Assembly: GCA_029883265.1 (NCBI GenBank)
Contig: JAOUJM010000002.1
Location: forward strand, 1 to 61,633
From: Gammaproteobacteria bacterium
GTDB taxonomy: Bacteria > Pseudomonadota > Gammaproteobacteria > S012-40
Reading direction: 5' to 3'
DNA: 61,633 nucleotides
A program made the position numbers and the translations under genes. Below, piece by piece: positions 37,653-49,065 of this stretch (position 1 is its first letter; each line of letters begins with the position of its first letter). The notes beneath the pieces were generated by a model. It was not told the origin of the DNA, did not search any database, and worked only from the letters and a program-made list of their open reading frames with translations.

Positions 37653-38384
37653 TTACGAATACTGTTGCAGTCGTCGTTGAATAAAGGCCTGTAACTCGAA
37701 TAGTTGCGACTCATCGAGATCGCTAAATTGGAAGGCCAGTGAGAGTTCATTGGATGAGCCGTTGGGGGTAAACCGCTCAATCCGTACCATTTCGGCGGGC
37801 AAAGTGAAGCGGGTTTCGACGCCAAATTTTAGGTCGAACAAATCGAATACACCACCACTTTTCAATTTAGTCGCACGTAAATGACAACCGCCTTCAGAAA
37901 TATCCAGTAACTTAGCTGTCGCCTGATACACGTGATTGTGTTCAATTTCCACATCCTGGTGATTGAGTACGGTGACTCGTTCCGAGTTTCGCACATGTTC
38001 GCCACGCAATAATTTGCGCATTTTTGCCACGAGTTTATTTGCACTGAAAGGTTTAAGAAAATAATCTGAAACACCAGCAATCGCCGCGGTTAATAAGGCT
38101 TCACGGTCTTGACGTTCAGACATAATGACAATTTGGGAGTTAATCATGGATTTGGCGCCACGTGCCTTTTGGATGAAATCGAAAGCGCTGGAGTCGGCAA
38201 GCTCAAGTTCAGTCAGTAGCCAATCCACATGCTTAAGTTCTTTGATCAATGACCAAGCTTGTTCGCTGGTTTGAGTAGCGTGAACTTGGTGAATATCAAG
38301 CTGGTGCTCGAGTATATTTTTTATAATTTCTACTGCCGATGGATTTTCATCAACAATAACGACGGTTAATTCCTTATTTTCCAT
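37653..38384 (-). CDS. Receiver (REC)-PilZ two-domain protein with Glu at the phospho-acceptor position
   Basis: The REC fold shows VVIVDEN, WLLTELELAD aligned to CheY [10 protein letters not shown], VIMSE and FLKPF. PilZ motifs RNSER (RxxxR) and DISEGG (DxSxxG) are present. The start is ATG 38384 or 38420. Confidence 0.75.
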   Translation of the reverse strand: MENKELTVVIVDENPSAVEIIKNILEHQLDIHQVHATQTSEQAWSLIKELKHVDWLLTELELADSSAFDFIQKARGAKSMINSQIVIMSERQDREALLTAAIAGVSDYFLKPFSANKLVAKMRKLLRGEHVRNSERVTVLNHQDVEIEHNHVYQATAKLLDISEGGCHLRATKLKSGGVFDLFDLKFGVETRFTLPAEMVRIERFTPNGSSNELSLAFQFSDLDESQLFELQAFIQRRLQQYS

Positions 38385-38481
38385 TCCCGATAATTTCTCT
38401 TGTTTGGATATCCTGGCCACCCATGAGTGCTATATCGGAAAATTTTAGAAAAGGTTTATTAACCAATTGCTGTGAAAGGAA

Positions 38482-38766
38482 TCAGCCCTGGTTTTGAATA
38501 ATATTGAGCTGATTGCGACGAGCAAAGTCCATAATTTGTTCAAATACAGCAGGGTTTTCCTGCTCAAGTTCTGCAGCTAAAGCGATGCACTTCACCCCGT
38601 CAACGCTGACAGGTCGCAGCAAGGGCGAATAATGAATGCGGTGATCCGGGCCAAAAGTAGAGAGCATGCCGCTCATACGTTCCGCCCAGTCGCTGGGTCG
38701 AAACTTACGCCCGTCTTCGGTAACACCTTGTATTAATATTTGCCCTGGGGTAATTTTTTCCGTCAT
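38482..38766 (-). CDS. DUF3579-like protein
   Basis: GRKFRPSDWAERMSGMLSTFGPDHRIHYSPLLRPVSVDGVKCI matches my memory of DUF3579. Start moved to ATG 38766. Confidence 0.5.
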   Translation of the reverse strand: MTEKITPGQILIQGVTEDGRKFRPSDWAERMSGMLSTFGPDHRIHYSPLLRPVSVDGVKCIALAAELEQENPAVFEQIMDFARRNQLNIIQNQG

Positions 38767-39135
38767 TCCTTCGTGTCTCACTGAATTCTGCTTGCATTCA
38801 GGCAAGCTTCACGCCGTTAAGTCCAACCCTGAGGGTTCGAGTGTTCCATGCCTCACTCGCTTAACTACATGATTATGAAGTGTTTGCGTGAGTTTAAATG
38901 TTATTATTCGGCAGCGCGCTATTCTACAAGAATTCCACCGTCGGTGCCATTATAGATATTTCATTTATTACTAATAAAGCTCACAATAACAGCAGCCTGG
39001 CGCTGATAATTAGGTGCTTCTATTGGAAAAATGCGGTATTATGCTCGGTTCTTCCTCAAATTATGAAGTAGTTGGCTTAAGTGCCTCAACAAATAGGTAA
39101 AACAGCGATAACAAGCATCTCAGCAGGAGATAACA

Positions 39136-40854
39136 GTGGAACTAAGTGGCGGCGAAATACTAATACAATACTTAAAAGACGAAGGTGTGGAATATGTGTT
39201 CGGCTATCCAGGCGGTGCGGTATTACACATATATGATGCGATTTATGGTCAGGAAGACGTCAAACATGTACTGGTGCGCCATGAGCAAGCGGCTACTCAT
39301 GCAGCCGATGGCTATGCCCGCGCTACCGGAAAACCCGGCGTGGTACTAGTTACTTCCGGCCCTGGTGCAACCAACGCGATCACTGGAATAGCCACAGCCT
39401 ATATGGATTCCATTCCTATGGTCATAATTACAGGTCAAGTGCCGTCTCCCGTGATTGGTAGTGATGCATTCCAGGAAGTAGATGCCGTCGGTATTACTCG
39501 TCCCTGCGTGAAGCATAATTTTCTTGTTAAAGATTTGAGCAAACTTGCTGAGACTTTAAAGAAAGCATTTTACATCGCAACCACAGGACGTCCTGGCCCC
39601 GTGGTGGTTGATATTCCTAAAGATGTCACTGACCCGGCGATTAAGATTCCTTATTCGTATCCAAAAAACGTGAGCATGCGCTCCTATAATCCCGTGGTGA
39701 AAGGCCATCCGGTGCAAATCAAACGCGCCGTAGAAACAATTTTTAGCGCCAAACGACCCATGATTTATAGTGGCGGTGGTGTGGTGCTGAGCGGTGCGTC
39801 CAATGAGTTAACCGAATTCACACGGCTTATTGGTTCACCGATTACCAACACTTTGATGGGACTCGGCGCTTATCCTGCCACAGACAAACAATTCGTCGGC
39901 ATGTTAGGTATGCATGGCACTTATGAAGCAAATATGTCTATGCATGAATGCGATGTTTTAATCGCGATTGGTGCACGCTTTGATGATCGTGTTACTGGTA
40001 AACTGGAACAATTCTGCCCAACGGCAAAAATAATTCATATTGACGTCGACCCGGCCTCAATATCGAAAACCGTGCGTGTTGATATTCCAATTGTTGGCGA
40101 TGTTAAATTGGTCTTACAAGACATGTTGAAAATCATGAATGCAAGCGACAAAAAACTCGATCAAGAGGCGTTGCAAAAATGGTGGGCGCAAATTGATGAA
40201 TGGCGTTCGAAAGACTGTCTTGCTTTTGATCGTGGTAGTGAATTGATAAAACCACAATCGGTCATCGAAACCTTGTATCAAGTCACCAATGGTGATGCTT
40301 TTGTCACGTCTGATGTGGGTCAACACCAAATGTGGGCAGCACAATTTTATAAATTCGATCAACCAAATCGTTGGATTAACTCGGGTGGCCTGGGCACCAT
40401 GGGTTTTGGGTTACCTGCAGCCATGGGTGTAAAATTAGCCTATCCCGATGCTCACGTGGCCTGCGTCACTGGCGAAGCTAGTATTCAGATGTGCATACAG
40501 GAGTTGTCCACCTGTTTGCAATATCGTTTGCCAATTAAAATTGTTAACCTAAATAATCGTTACCTAGGCATGGTGCGTCAGTGGCAGGAGTTTTTTTACG
40601 AAGGTCGTTATTCCATGTCGTATATGGATGCCTTGCCCGACTTTGTCAAACTCGCCGAAGCTTATGGGCATGTCGGTATGCGAATCGAAAAACCATCAGA
40701 TGTGGAAGCGGCAATGAAAGAAGCGTTTGCCATGAAAGACCGCTTAGTATTCTTAGACTTCATAACCGATCAAACTGAAAATGTTTATCCAATGATTGAA
40801 GCCGGCAAGGGGCATCATGAAATGCATTTATCGTCGGAGCGGGAGTTGGCCTAA
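39136..40854 (+). CDS. ilvI: Acetolactate synthase large subunit
   Basis: GTG start. [32 protein letters not shown] and the ThDP motif [15 protein letters not shown]...NNRYLGMV are present. Confidence 0.95.
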   Translation: MELSGGEILIQYLKDEGVEYVFGYPGGAVLHIYDAIYGQEDVKHVLVRHEQAATHAADGYARATGKPGVVLVTSGPGATNAITGIATAYMDSIPMVIITGQVPSPVIGSDAFQEVDAVGITRPCVKHNFLVKDLSKLAETLKKAFYIATTGRPGPVVVDIPKDVTDPAIKIPYSYPKNVSMRSYNPVVKGHPVQIKRAVETIFSAKRPMIYSGGGVVLSGASNELTEFTRLIGSPITNTLMGLGAYPATDKQFVGMLGMHGTYEANMSMHECDVLIAIGARFDDRVTGKLEQFCPTAKIIHIDVDPASISKTVRVDIPIVGDVKLVLQDMLKIMNASDKKLDQEALQKWWAQIDEWRSKDCLAFDRGSELIKPQSVIETLYQVTNGDAFVTSDVGQHQMWAAQFYKFDQPNRWINSGGLGTMGFGLPAAMGVKLAYPDAHVACVTGEASIQMCIQELSTCLQYRLPIKIVNLNNRYLGMVRQWQEFFYEGRYSMSYMDALPDFVKLAEAYGHVGMRIEKPSDVEAAMKEAFAMKDRLVFLDFITDQTENVYPMIEAGKGHHEMHLSSERELA

Positions 40855-41345
40855 TGAGACACATTATTTCGATATTAATGGAAAATGAAGCCGGTGCATT
40901 GTCGCGGGTTGCAGGTTTGTTTTCGGCGCGGGCTTATAACATCGAGTCTTTGACTGTTGCGCCGACAGAAGATCCATCCCTGTCGCGTATGACGATTGTG
41001 ACTACAGGTTCGGAAGAAATTATCGAGCAGATTACTAAACAGCTTAATAAATTGGTTGATGTAGTCAAGCTTATGGATTTGACCGAAGGCGAACATATTG
41101 AACGCGAGTTGGCCATGGTGAAATTGAATACCAATGGACGTTATCGCGAAGAGTTTAAACGCTTAGCGGATATTTTTCGTGGCAACATTATTGATGTCAC
41201 CGATTCTACCTACACAGTGGAACTCACCGGCACGGATGAAAAAATTGATGCGTTTATCAAAGCCATCGACAGCCAATATATTTTGGAAGTCGTACGCACG
41301 GGTGTTTCGGGTATTGCCCGTGGTGAACGTCGTTTAAGTTTATAG
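40854..41345 (+). CDS. ilvH: Acetolactate synthase small (regulatory) subunit
   Basis: 163 aa. ILMENEAGALSRVAGLFSARAYNIESLTVAPTEDPSLSRMTIV is the ACT domain. The start overlaps the ilvI stop as TAATG. Confidence 0.95.
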   Translation: MRHIISILMENEAGALSRVAGLFSARAYNIESLTVAPTEDPSLSRMTIVTTGSEEIIEQITKQLNKLVDVVKLMDLTEGEHIERELAMVKLNTNGRYREEFKRLADIFRGNIIDVTDSTYTVELTGTDEKIDAFIKAIDSQYILEVVRTGVSGIARGERRLSL

Positions 41346-41352
41346 TTATTGA

Positions 41353-42396
<1,044 letters not shown>

Positions 42397-42401
42397 GTGT
42401 A

Positions 42402-42432
42402 ATCAAGACGAGGCTTTCGGCCTCGTCTTGAT
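42402..42432 (+). terminator. Strong intercistronic stem-loop between ilvC and the psd-like gene (weak U-tract)
   Basis: ATCAAGACGAGGC-tttcg-GCCTCGTCTTGAT, a 13-bp perfect stem. It is followed only by CCTTTA, and the next ATG is 6 nt after the stem. Confidence 0.5.
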
Positions 42433-42437
42433 CCTTT

Positions 42438-43067
42438 ATGGCAAGCCGACGCGCCTCTCTAATTAATCCTAAAGCTCGTGCATTATTAAGCGCGATTGTT
42501 TTATTTATTGTTATTTCCTTCTGGTTTGAATTATTTTTCTTGGTAGGCATTTTAAGCCTATTGTTTTTCTTTTTACTTTTCATCTTCCGTGATCCTGTAC
42601 GAAAAGTGCCGCCAGCACCATTAGGAGTGGTCAGCCCTGTCGATGCAAAAGTGATTAACATACAACAGAGTCAAGATCCGTATTTAAAACGAGAAGCTTG
42701 GTGCATAAGTTTACGCGTGAATCTCAGTGGGGTTTATTCTATTCGTGCACCAATCGAAGGTAAAATACACGAGCAATGGCAGGCAGATATACAAAAAGGC
42801 ATTGATTATGCTAATTGGTTGCAAACCGATGAGGGTGACAATTTGGTCTGGTCGATTCGCACGCGTTTTCATACTCACCCTAGTTGTACTATTCAGCCAG
42901 GCGAACGCATAGGTCAAGGACAACGTTGCGGTTTTGTACTATTAAGCAAATATTGTCATGTATACTTGCCCCTGGGATGCCGTATCGAAGCGCAAGCAGG
43001 TCAGACGGTTTTGGCCGGCGAGAGCATTATCGCCACTTTAATTCATAATAGTCAGACGCAATCATGA
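42438..43067 (+). CDS. Phosphatidylserine decarboxylase-related protein (short form)
   Basis: 209 aa with N-terminal TM segments and FRDPVRKVPPAPLGVVSPVDAKV. It lies directly upstream of, and overlaps, pssA. Confidence 0.7.
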   Translation: MASRRASLINPKARALLSAIVLFIVISFWFELFFLVGILSLLFFFLLFIFRDPVRKVPPAPLGVVSPVDAKVINIQQSQDPYLKREAWCISLRVNLSGVYSIRAPIEGKIHEQWQADIQKGIDYANWLQTDEGDNLVWSIRTRFHTHPSCTIQPGERIGQGQRCGFVLLSKYCHVYLPLGCRIEAQAGQTVLAGESIIATLIHNSQTQS

Positions 43068-43843
43068 GTAGTGAAAACAAAAAAGCTGTAAAACCTAAAC
43101 GTGGCATATATTTACTACCCAACTTATTCACTACTGGAGCCCTATTTTCGGGTTTTTACGCGGTGATCTCAGCGATTTCGGGTCATTATGAAGCTGCAGC
43201 CGTGGCGATTTTTATCGCCATGGTACTCGACGGACTGGATGGTCGTATTGCCCGTTTAACCAATACAGCAACTGAATTTGGGGTGCAATACGATAGTTTG
43301 GCCGATATGATTTCATTTGGTCTGGCACCAGCGCTAGTGGTGTATTTATGGGCGTTGCAAGATTTGGGTAAGCTAGGCTGGCTGGCCGCATTCATCTATA
43401 CCGCAGGCGCCGCTTTGCGTTTGGCGCGCTTTAACACCCAGGTAGAAGTCGCTGATAAGCGTTTTTTTCAAGGCTTACCCAGCCCGTCAGCGGCAGCATT
43501 AATGGCAAGTACCGTGTGGATGGGGGTGGATTACTCCATCGAAGGTAAGAATTTCATCGCCTTGGCCTTGTTGATATCGATTATTTGTGGCGTGCTCATG
43601 GTCAGTAATTTTCGCTACTATAGTTTTAAGGACTTGGACTTAAAAGGCAAAGTGCCGTTTGTCGCCATGTTGCTGGTGGTATTGATTTTTGTATTTATTT
43701 CCATCGATCCGCCTAAGGTCTTGTTTTTCATATTCATGGTTTATGTGTTTTCGGGCCCAGTGATGACTGTGATCCTGTTACGACGTAAGCGTGCTGAACG
43801 CCGTCAGGCTACCGAGCAAGACCAAAGTGAGCATCCAAAATAA
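43064..43843 (+). CDS. pssA: CDP-diacylglycerol--serine O-phosphatidyltransferase
   Basis: CDP-alcohol phosphatidyltransferase motif DGLDGRIARL...G...DSLAD. Polytopic membrane protein. Confidence 0.9.
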   Translation: MSSENKKAVKPKRGIYLLPNLFTTGALFSGFYAVISAISGHYEAAAVAIFIAMVLDGLDGRIARLTNTATEFGVQYDSLADMISFGLAPALVVYLWALQDLGKLGWLAAFIYTAGAALRLARFNTQVEVADKRFFQGLPSPSAAALMASTVWMGVDYSIEGKNFIALALLISIICGVLMVSNFRYYSFKDLDLKGKVPFVAMLLVVLIFVFISIDPPKVLFFIFMVYVFSGPVMTVILLRRKRAERRQATEQDQSEHPK

Positions 43844-43912
43844 AGTTTTTATGAAATAGTCCGCCAAAATAGTGACTTGGAATTAGGCCTGAAAACGGCT
43901 ATCATTGATCTT

Positions 43913-44020
43913 ATGAGCAAAAACACAGCAGAAAACTTAACTTTTAACGATGCTAGCCAGCCTAGTGGAGTTGTTTTGCGCTCATTCCCCCTAGCTTTAT
44001 CACTCCTACTCCTGCCCTAA
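43913..44020 (+). promoter_or_regulatory. Candidate leucine-rich leader peptide ORF upstream of leuA
   Basis: The 35-codon ORF encodes MSKNTAENLTFNDASQPSGVVLRSFPLALSLLLLP. Six of the last nine codons are Leu (CTA, TTA, CTC, CTA, CTC, CTG). It ends 88 nt before leuA. I found no clear SD and no clear terminator hairpin. Confidence 0.35.
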
Positions 44021-44108
44021 GGGGCAACTATTCAAATGCCTGGACCGAGGCTAAAGCGGTCAAATTAAAAATTCAGTATAATTCAAGCTTAAACACAGGA
44101 TTCTTGAA

Positions 44109-45653
44109 ATGAGTGATCAATTAATTATTTTTGATACCACCTTGCGCGATGGTGAGCAAAGTCCAGGTGCTTCCATGACGAAGGACGAGAAGGTGCGTAT
44201 TGCTAAAATTTTGGAAAAAATGCGAGTCGATGTTATCGAAGCCGGGTTTCCCATCGCTAGCCCCGGAGATTTCGAGTCGGTACAGGCGGTGGCCAATGTC
44301 ATTAAAGACAGCACTGTTTGTGGATTGGCGCGAGCATTGGACAAAGACATTAGTCGCGCAGGCGAAGCTTTAAAAAATGCCAATAGCGCCCGTATCCATA
44401 CCTTTATTGCTACGTCACCAATTCATATGCGTGAAAAATTGCGTATGTCTCCCGATCAAGTGGTGGAGCAAGCAGTAAAAGCGGTAAAACAAGCACGTCA
44501 ATACACGGATAATGTGGAGTTCTCACCTGAGGATGCCGGGCGCTCGGAATTGGATTTTCTTTGCCGGATTTTAGAAGCGGTGATTGATGCCGGTGCGACC
44601 ACCTTAAATATTCCAGATACGGTTGGTTACAACGTGCCGGAACAATTTGGCAATTTAATTCGCAACTTGCGTGAACGTATTCCTAATTCGGACAAAGCGA
44701 TTTTTTCTGTACATTGTCATAATGATTTGGGCTTGGCAGTGGCCAACTCACTTTCGGCGGTTTTGAATGGCGCACGCCAAGTGGAGTGTACGATTAATGG
44801 CTTGGGTGAGCGAGCGGGTAATGCTTCATTGGAAGAAGTGGTGATGGCAGTGAAAACACGTAAAGATATTTTTCCGTGTGAGACTAAAATAGACACCACG
44901 CAAATTGTTCCTGCATCACGTTTGGTTTCGAGCATTACCGGTTTTGCGGTACAGCCGAATAAGGCTATTGTAGGAGCCAATGCGTTTGCTCATGAATCGG
45001 GTATCCATCAAGATGGTGTATTAAAAAGCCGCGAGACTTACGAAATCATGCGCGCAGAAGACGTCGGTTGGAGTGCCAATCGAATGGTATTAGGCAAGCA
45101 TTCCGGACGCAATGCCTTTCGTACTCGAATGCAAGAATTAGGGGTAACCTTTAATAGTGAAGCCGAATTGAATAACGCCTTTGCTGCATTTAAAAATTTG
45201 GCCGATAAGAAGCATGAAATTTATGATGAAGATTTGCAAGCCTTGGTGACCGAGACAGGTCAGGAAGCAGTGAATGAAGTGATTAAGTTAGTGTCTTTGA
45301 ATGTATGTTCACAAACAGGTGAAACACCAAACGCAAATGTAACGCTTAAAGTTGAAGGTAAAGAAAAGTCTGCGCAGGCTAGCGGGGGTGGTCCAGTGGA
45401 TGCTGCGTTCCGTGCCATTGAAGCGATTTGTCATTCAGACACGGAGTTGCAACTTTATTCAGTCAACGCTATTACCAGTGGTACCGACGCGCAAGGTGAG
45501 GTCACTGTGCGTTTGGAAAAAGGCGGTCGTTTTGTTAATGGGCAAGGTGCTGATACGGATATCGTTATCGCTTCTGCAAAAGCCTATATTAATGCTTTAA
45601 ATAAAATTATTACGCCATCGGAAAGATCACATCCGCAACTTGGTGATGTTTAG
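44109..45653 (+). CDS. leuA: 2-isopropylmalate synthase
   Basis: 514 aa. [31 protein letters not shown] and the C-terminal LeuA regulatory domain are present. Confidence 0.95.
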   Translation: MSDQLIIFDTTLRDGEQSPGASMTKDEKVRIAKILEKMRVDVIEAGFPIASPGDFESVQAVANVIKDSTVCGLARALDKDISRAGEALKNANSARIHTFIATSPIHMREKLRMSPDQVVEQAVKAVKQARQYTDNVEFSPEDAGRSELDFLCRILEAVIDAGATTLNIPDTVGYNVPEQFGNLIRNLRERIPNSDKAIFSVHCHNDLGLAVANSLSAVLNGARQVECTINGLGERAGNASLEEVVMAVKTRKDIFPCETKIDTTQIVPASRLVSSITGFAVQPNKAIVGANAFAHESGIHQDGVLKSRETYEIMRAEDVGWSANRMVLGKHSGRNAFRTRMQELGVTFNSEAELNNAFAAFKNLADKKHEIYDEDLQALVTETGQEAVNEVIKLVSLNVCSQTGETPNANVTLKVEGKEKSAQASGGGPVDAAFRAIEAICHSDTELQLYSVNAITSGTDAQGEVTVRLEKGGRFVNGQGADTDIVIASAKAYINALNKIITPSERSHPQLGDV

Positions 45654-45663
45654 CTAAACTAAA

Positions 45664-45688
45664 AGGCTCTGGCAACAGGGCCTTTTTT
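45664..45688 (+). terminator. Rho-independent terminator after leuA
   Basis: AGGCTCTG-gcaa-CAGGGCCT (8 bp, one G-U pair) followed by TTTTTT, 11 nt after the stop. Confidence 0.8.
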
Positions 45689-46134
45689 ATAGTTTAATCC
45701 ATGCGTCAAGCCAAAAAAGATATAAAGTTATATGTGCGAACAAATCAAAAACACTATCTAAATCAGAAGTTGTTGGATATAACTTTTCGCTAAGCGCTGT
45801 TCAAACGGCACTTCGCTTTTCATGTATGAAAGAAGCGTAGCACGAACAAGCAGTGACATAACTAAAATAATGTCCTATGAAGTATTTCTCGACTCGTGGT
45901 GTGCCAGGTTAGCGCTGGCATTAAGCTGCCATCAAAAGTATAGGTTTTATTGAAAACCTATATCCAAAGTTTAATTATTAGCTTTAGGATTCATTTAAAA
46001 ACGTTGAGTCAATTCATGGGAAAATCTACTGGCAGCATATTTGAGCTATAGCGTATGATTTCATATTCATGAAGTATTTAATACTCTCTTGGGTATGAAA
46101 TAGCCAATAGCAAAATTGAGTGGATAGGACAGTG

Positions 46135-46863
46135 ATGAAAACTAAAAAAATGCAATTAATGCAACAATGTTATGTAGGCCTGTTATTGATTGCGTGTACA
46201 CAGACAATTTTCGCCGAAGGAGAGACAGAAAACTATAGTGCTGCGCCATGGTGGAAAGGTTTCTCCATCAATCCGGGTGTTGGTTTGCGCATGATGTCAT
46301 TTTTTGTAACGCGTAAAGCCGATGACTATAGTGGCAGTATAGCCAGTTGGGGTGGTTCGCGTTTATTTTGGGGCCTCAATATTGGTACGCCAAGCTATGC
46401 GTTTAAAAATACTAATTTAGGTGTATCGCTGCAATCGTTTTCATCATATGTGATCATGGATAGTCAATGGTACGACTACAATATTGAAACCCCCGTTGAA
46501 GGTGAGGCTCTAGGTGAGCGTATCAACTTGGGAACATCGGTGAAGGGGTTTTATAATTATTTAGTACCCATGGTGCATTATCAAATGCGAGGGCTTCGTT
46601 TTGCTGCTGGCGTGGGTGTGTGGCGTGCTGATTTTGCGGGTGATATTGTGTTGGCACCAAACACTCAACCAAATGACTCAATGCCAAGTGAAAGCGTGAA
46701 AGTCGGTTTATCAAAAATCGCCTATTTAGCATTGTTGCGTTTAACCAGTCGTAGCGGTTGGCAAATGAATATGACCGTGGGAGGTCCACGCTGGAATGAC
46801 AAAGCATATGATTATAAGATGGAAGAAATCAGCATGTCAGTGGCCAAGCAATTTGTTTTTTAA
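46135..46863 (+). CDS. Hypothetical secreted / outer-membrane-like protein
   Basis: Start at ATG 46135 with AGGA upstream. Signal peptide CYVGLLLIACTQTIFA. Alternating aromatic/Gly-rich beta-strand-like sequence ending ...AKQFVF. Confidence 0.5.
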   Translation: MKTKKMQLMQQCYVGLLLIACTQTIFAEGETENYSAAPWWKGFSINPGVGLRMMSFFVTRKADDYSGSIASWGGSRLFWGLNIGTPSYAFKNTNLGVSLQSFSSYVIMDSQWYDYNIETPVEGEALGERINLGTSVKGFYNYLVPMVHYQMRGLRFAAGVGVWRADFAGDIVLAPNTQPNDSMPSESVKVGLSKIAYLALLRLTSRSGWQMNMTVGGPRWNDKAYDYKMEEISMSVAKQFVF

Positions 46864-46878
46864 AATGTGTTCAACCAT

Positions 46879-47514
46879 CTAACTTTTTAATTGAATGTCT
46901 ATATTAAATGTATATCGGGTTTGTTGATGCTGATTAATTTCACCTACAACCGCTTGTATGCTCTTGTCCGACAAATATTTATTGGGCGCGAGCTGAATTT
47001 GATTATTATTCCATGTCAATTTAGGTTGTGCTTGCACTTCATTGCTGTTGGTAACAAGAACGGTTAGGTATGCCTCCTGCCATTGCAGTTGTTTATTATC
47101 GTGAGCGAGCTGTAACGATTGCTGATTGTTAAAAGTGCCTTTAATTTTCACATGAGCATTGTGAACGGGTATTCGATTTAAACCTTGCACACGATGAGCG
47201 CTAATGGTTTCACCGTTAATCTCTAATTCCTCAGGTAATATATAAAGTTTGTCTTCTTGTGTGATCCAGTCTTCAACAAACTGATTTTGAGTTTCATCCC
47301 ATACTTGATCACGACTGATTTGCATATAGGGTAAAACCAGAATTGGACCTATAATATTTTTCTGCGTTGTATCAATTGTTTTAGCCGAGTCAATGCTCGT
47401 TGAATCACCGCTACTACGTTCGTCAGCGATACCATTAATATTACTAAAGGGGATTAGAAAGCCCAGGCACAAGCCTAGTGCTAAGCCTATTTTCTGACTA
47501 TTGCTCTTTTTCAT
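46879..47514 (-). CDS. Hypothetical secreted protein
   Basis: 211 aa with a signal peptide (IGLALGLCLGFLIPFS). Gln/Asn-rich, no recognised motif. Confidence 0.45.
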   Translation of the reverse strand: MKKSNSQKIGLALGLCLGFLIPFSNINGIADERSSGDSTSIDSAKTIDTTQKNIIGPILVLPYMQISRDQVWDETQNQFVEDWITQEDKLYILPEELEINGETISAHRVQGLNRIPVHNAHVKIKGTFNNQQSLQLAHDNKQLQWQEAYLTVLVTNSNEVQAQPKLTWNNNQIQLAPNKYLSDKSIQAVVGEINQHQQTRYTFNIDIQLKS

Positions 47515-47622
47515 TATAAGTCTCCTAGCGTTTTTGCCATGTTGCAGGGAGAGTATAGGCGTGCTAAATGGCTTAATGATGGGGCTAATGTGTGTTTTGT
47601 GTGTGTTTTTGTGATTTGTGAA

Positions 47623-49065
47623 CTATTTTTCTTTGGTCTGGCTGGAAGGAATGGAAAATTCGGCAGTTACGCCATGATCTGGATTGTTTCTAATGTCGAT
47701 TTTGCCGTTATGCAAAAGTGCAACCTCTTGCACTAGGCTTAATCCCAAGCCGGTACTCTTTTGTTCTCGATGCGGCCGGCCCAAGGAATAAAAACGCTCA
47801 TATATTCGATCCAATGCAAAATCAGGAATACCTGAACCATGGTCACGAATAACCAGAGTCCATGTGTCATCTTTTACGAAATCGTGTATCTCAATGTTGC
47901 CCCTAGAGTGGCTGAAATCGATAGCATTATCGAGTAAATTGCTGATGGCTTGCTGAATTAAAAACGCTTCCCCTTCGACTTGGTTTGCTGTGAGCAATTG
48001 GCAATTCAATGTTAATTGTTTAGAAGTGATAATTGCTGCTTTGTCGGCGCATAATCTATTGATCAATTGATCCGTATGGATCAAGCTGATTTCTGCGAGT
48101 GTTTGCCGTTTTTCCAGCTCAGCTAGTTTTAACAAACGTTCAACAATTTGTCTTAAACGCAATGTCTCGCTATGAATATTATTGATAAAACGCAATTGCT
48201 GTTGTTTTTCCATGTCCTCATTTAAAAGTTCGGCGGCACCCTGAATGGCGGCGAGGGGGCTTTTAAGTTCGTGAGTGAGGGTATGTAAATAATTTTCCAC
48301 ATAATTCTTGCCTTCTAACTCATGGCGCATATCGGCCATGGCGCTGGCCAGCTGAGCTAATTCTTTTTCACGAATATAAGGTAGTGAAACTTTTTCACCG
48401 GCTTGAACTGCTTCTGCATAACGGGTTAATTTGCGAATTGAAAGCGTGAGCCAGTACACAATGAGTAAGCCGATCAGTGTTGATAGTGCCAATAAGATTA
48501 AACTTTTCGTTTGAATGGTTTTGATTATTTTTTGGAAAAAAGGGCGAACGGTTTTACTGGGTTTGCCCACGGTCAAAACACCAATAATTGTTTGATTTTT
48601 TAAAATTGGTGCGGCGACAAACATGACGCTAGTTGATTCATCGTTGGGGTTGTAACGGGTGGTACGCGCGCCATATCCACCGCGTAGCGTTAGGTAAACA
48701 TCGTTCCACTGGGAATAATCTTTACCAAGATCAAATCCACGGGAGTCATAACGCACTATTCCGTTTTTGTCAGTAATGTAGACTATAAGACTGGGATCTT
48801 TTTTCTTTAGAAACCAGATTTGAGCCGACAATTTTCGTGCTTTGTATGCATCTACGCTGGTGGCAAAATTATTTTTTCCAAAATCAGCTGATTCAAAATC
48901 CTGATTGACCATTTCTGCCAAGAGGTTGGATGTTTCTACTAAGACTTCTTCCAGGGAATGACGCATACCCGGCAAGACTTCTTCGGTGACGCTTTGAGTG
49001 AAAAACCAAATAGCAAAGCCAATTAATAAAAAATAAGCAGAAAATATTCGAACACTAAAGCTCAT
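47623..49065 (-). CDS. creC: Two-component sensor histidine kinase, CreC-like
   Basis: The N-terminus (RIFSAYFLLIGFAIWFFTQSVTEEVLPGMRHSLEEVLVETSNLLAEMV) parallels E. coli CreC. H-box LTHELKSPL; N and G boxes are present. The start is ATG 49065 or 49092. Confidence 0.8.
   Translation of the reverse strand: MSFSVRIFSAYFLLIGFAIWFFTQSVTEEVLPGMRHSLEEVLVETSNLLAEMVNQDFESADFGKNNFATSVDAYKARKLSAQIWFLKKKDPSLIVYITDKNGIVRYDSRGFDLGKDYSQWNDVYLTLRGGYGARTTRYNPNDESTSVMFVAAPILKNQTIIGVLTVGKPSKTVRPFFQKIIKTIQTKSLILLALSTLIGLLIVYWLTLSIRKLTRYAEAVQAGEKVSLPYIREKELAQLASAMADMRHELEGKNYVENYLHTLTHELKSPLAAIQGAAELLNEDMEKQQQLRFINNIHSETLRLRQIVERLLKLAELEKRQTLAEISLIHTDQLINRLCADKAAIITSKQLTLNCQLLTANQVEGEAFLIQQAISNLLDNAIDFSHSRGNIEIHDFVKDDTWTLVIRDHGSGIPDFALDRIYERFYSLGRPHREQKSTGLGLSLVQEVALLHNGKIDIRNNPDHGVTAEFSIPSSQTKEK

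Noticed and set aside
38806-39135. Searched upstream of ilvI for an Ile/Leu/Val-rich leader peptide.
   Set aside because: The small ORFs present (for example MIMKCLREFKCYYSAARYSTRIPPSVPL) are not enriched in branched-chain codons.
45949-45972. Perfect AT-rich hairpin TATAGGTTTT-attg-AAAACCTATA in the leuA downstream spacer.
   Set aside because: It is isolated, low in stability, and not adjacent to any gene end or start, so I could not assign a function.
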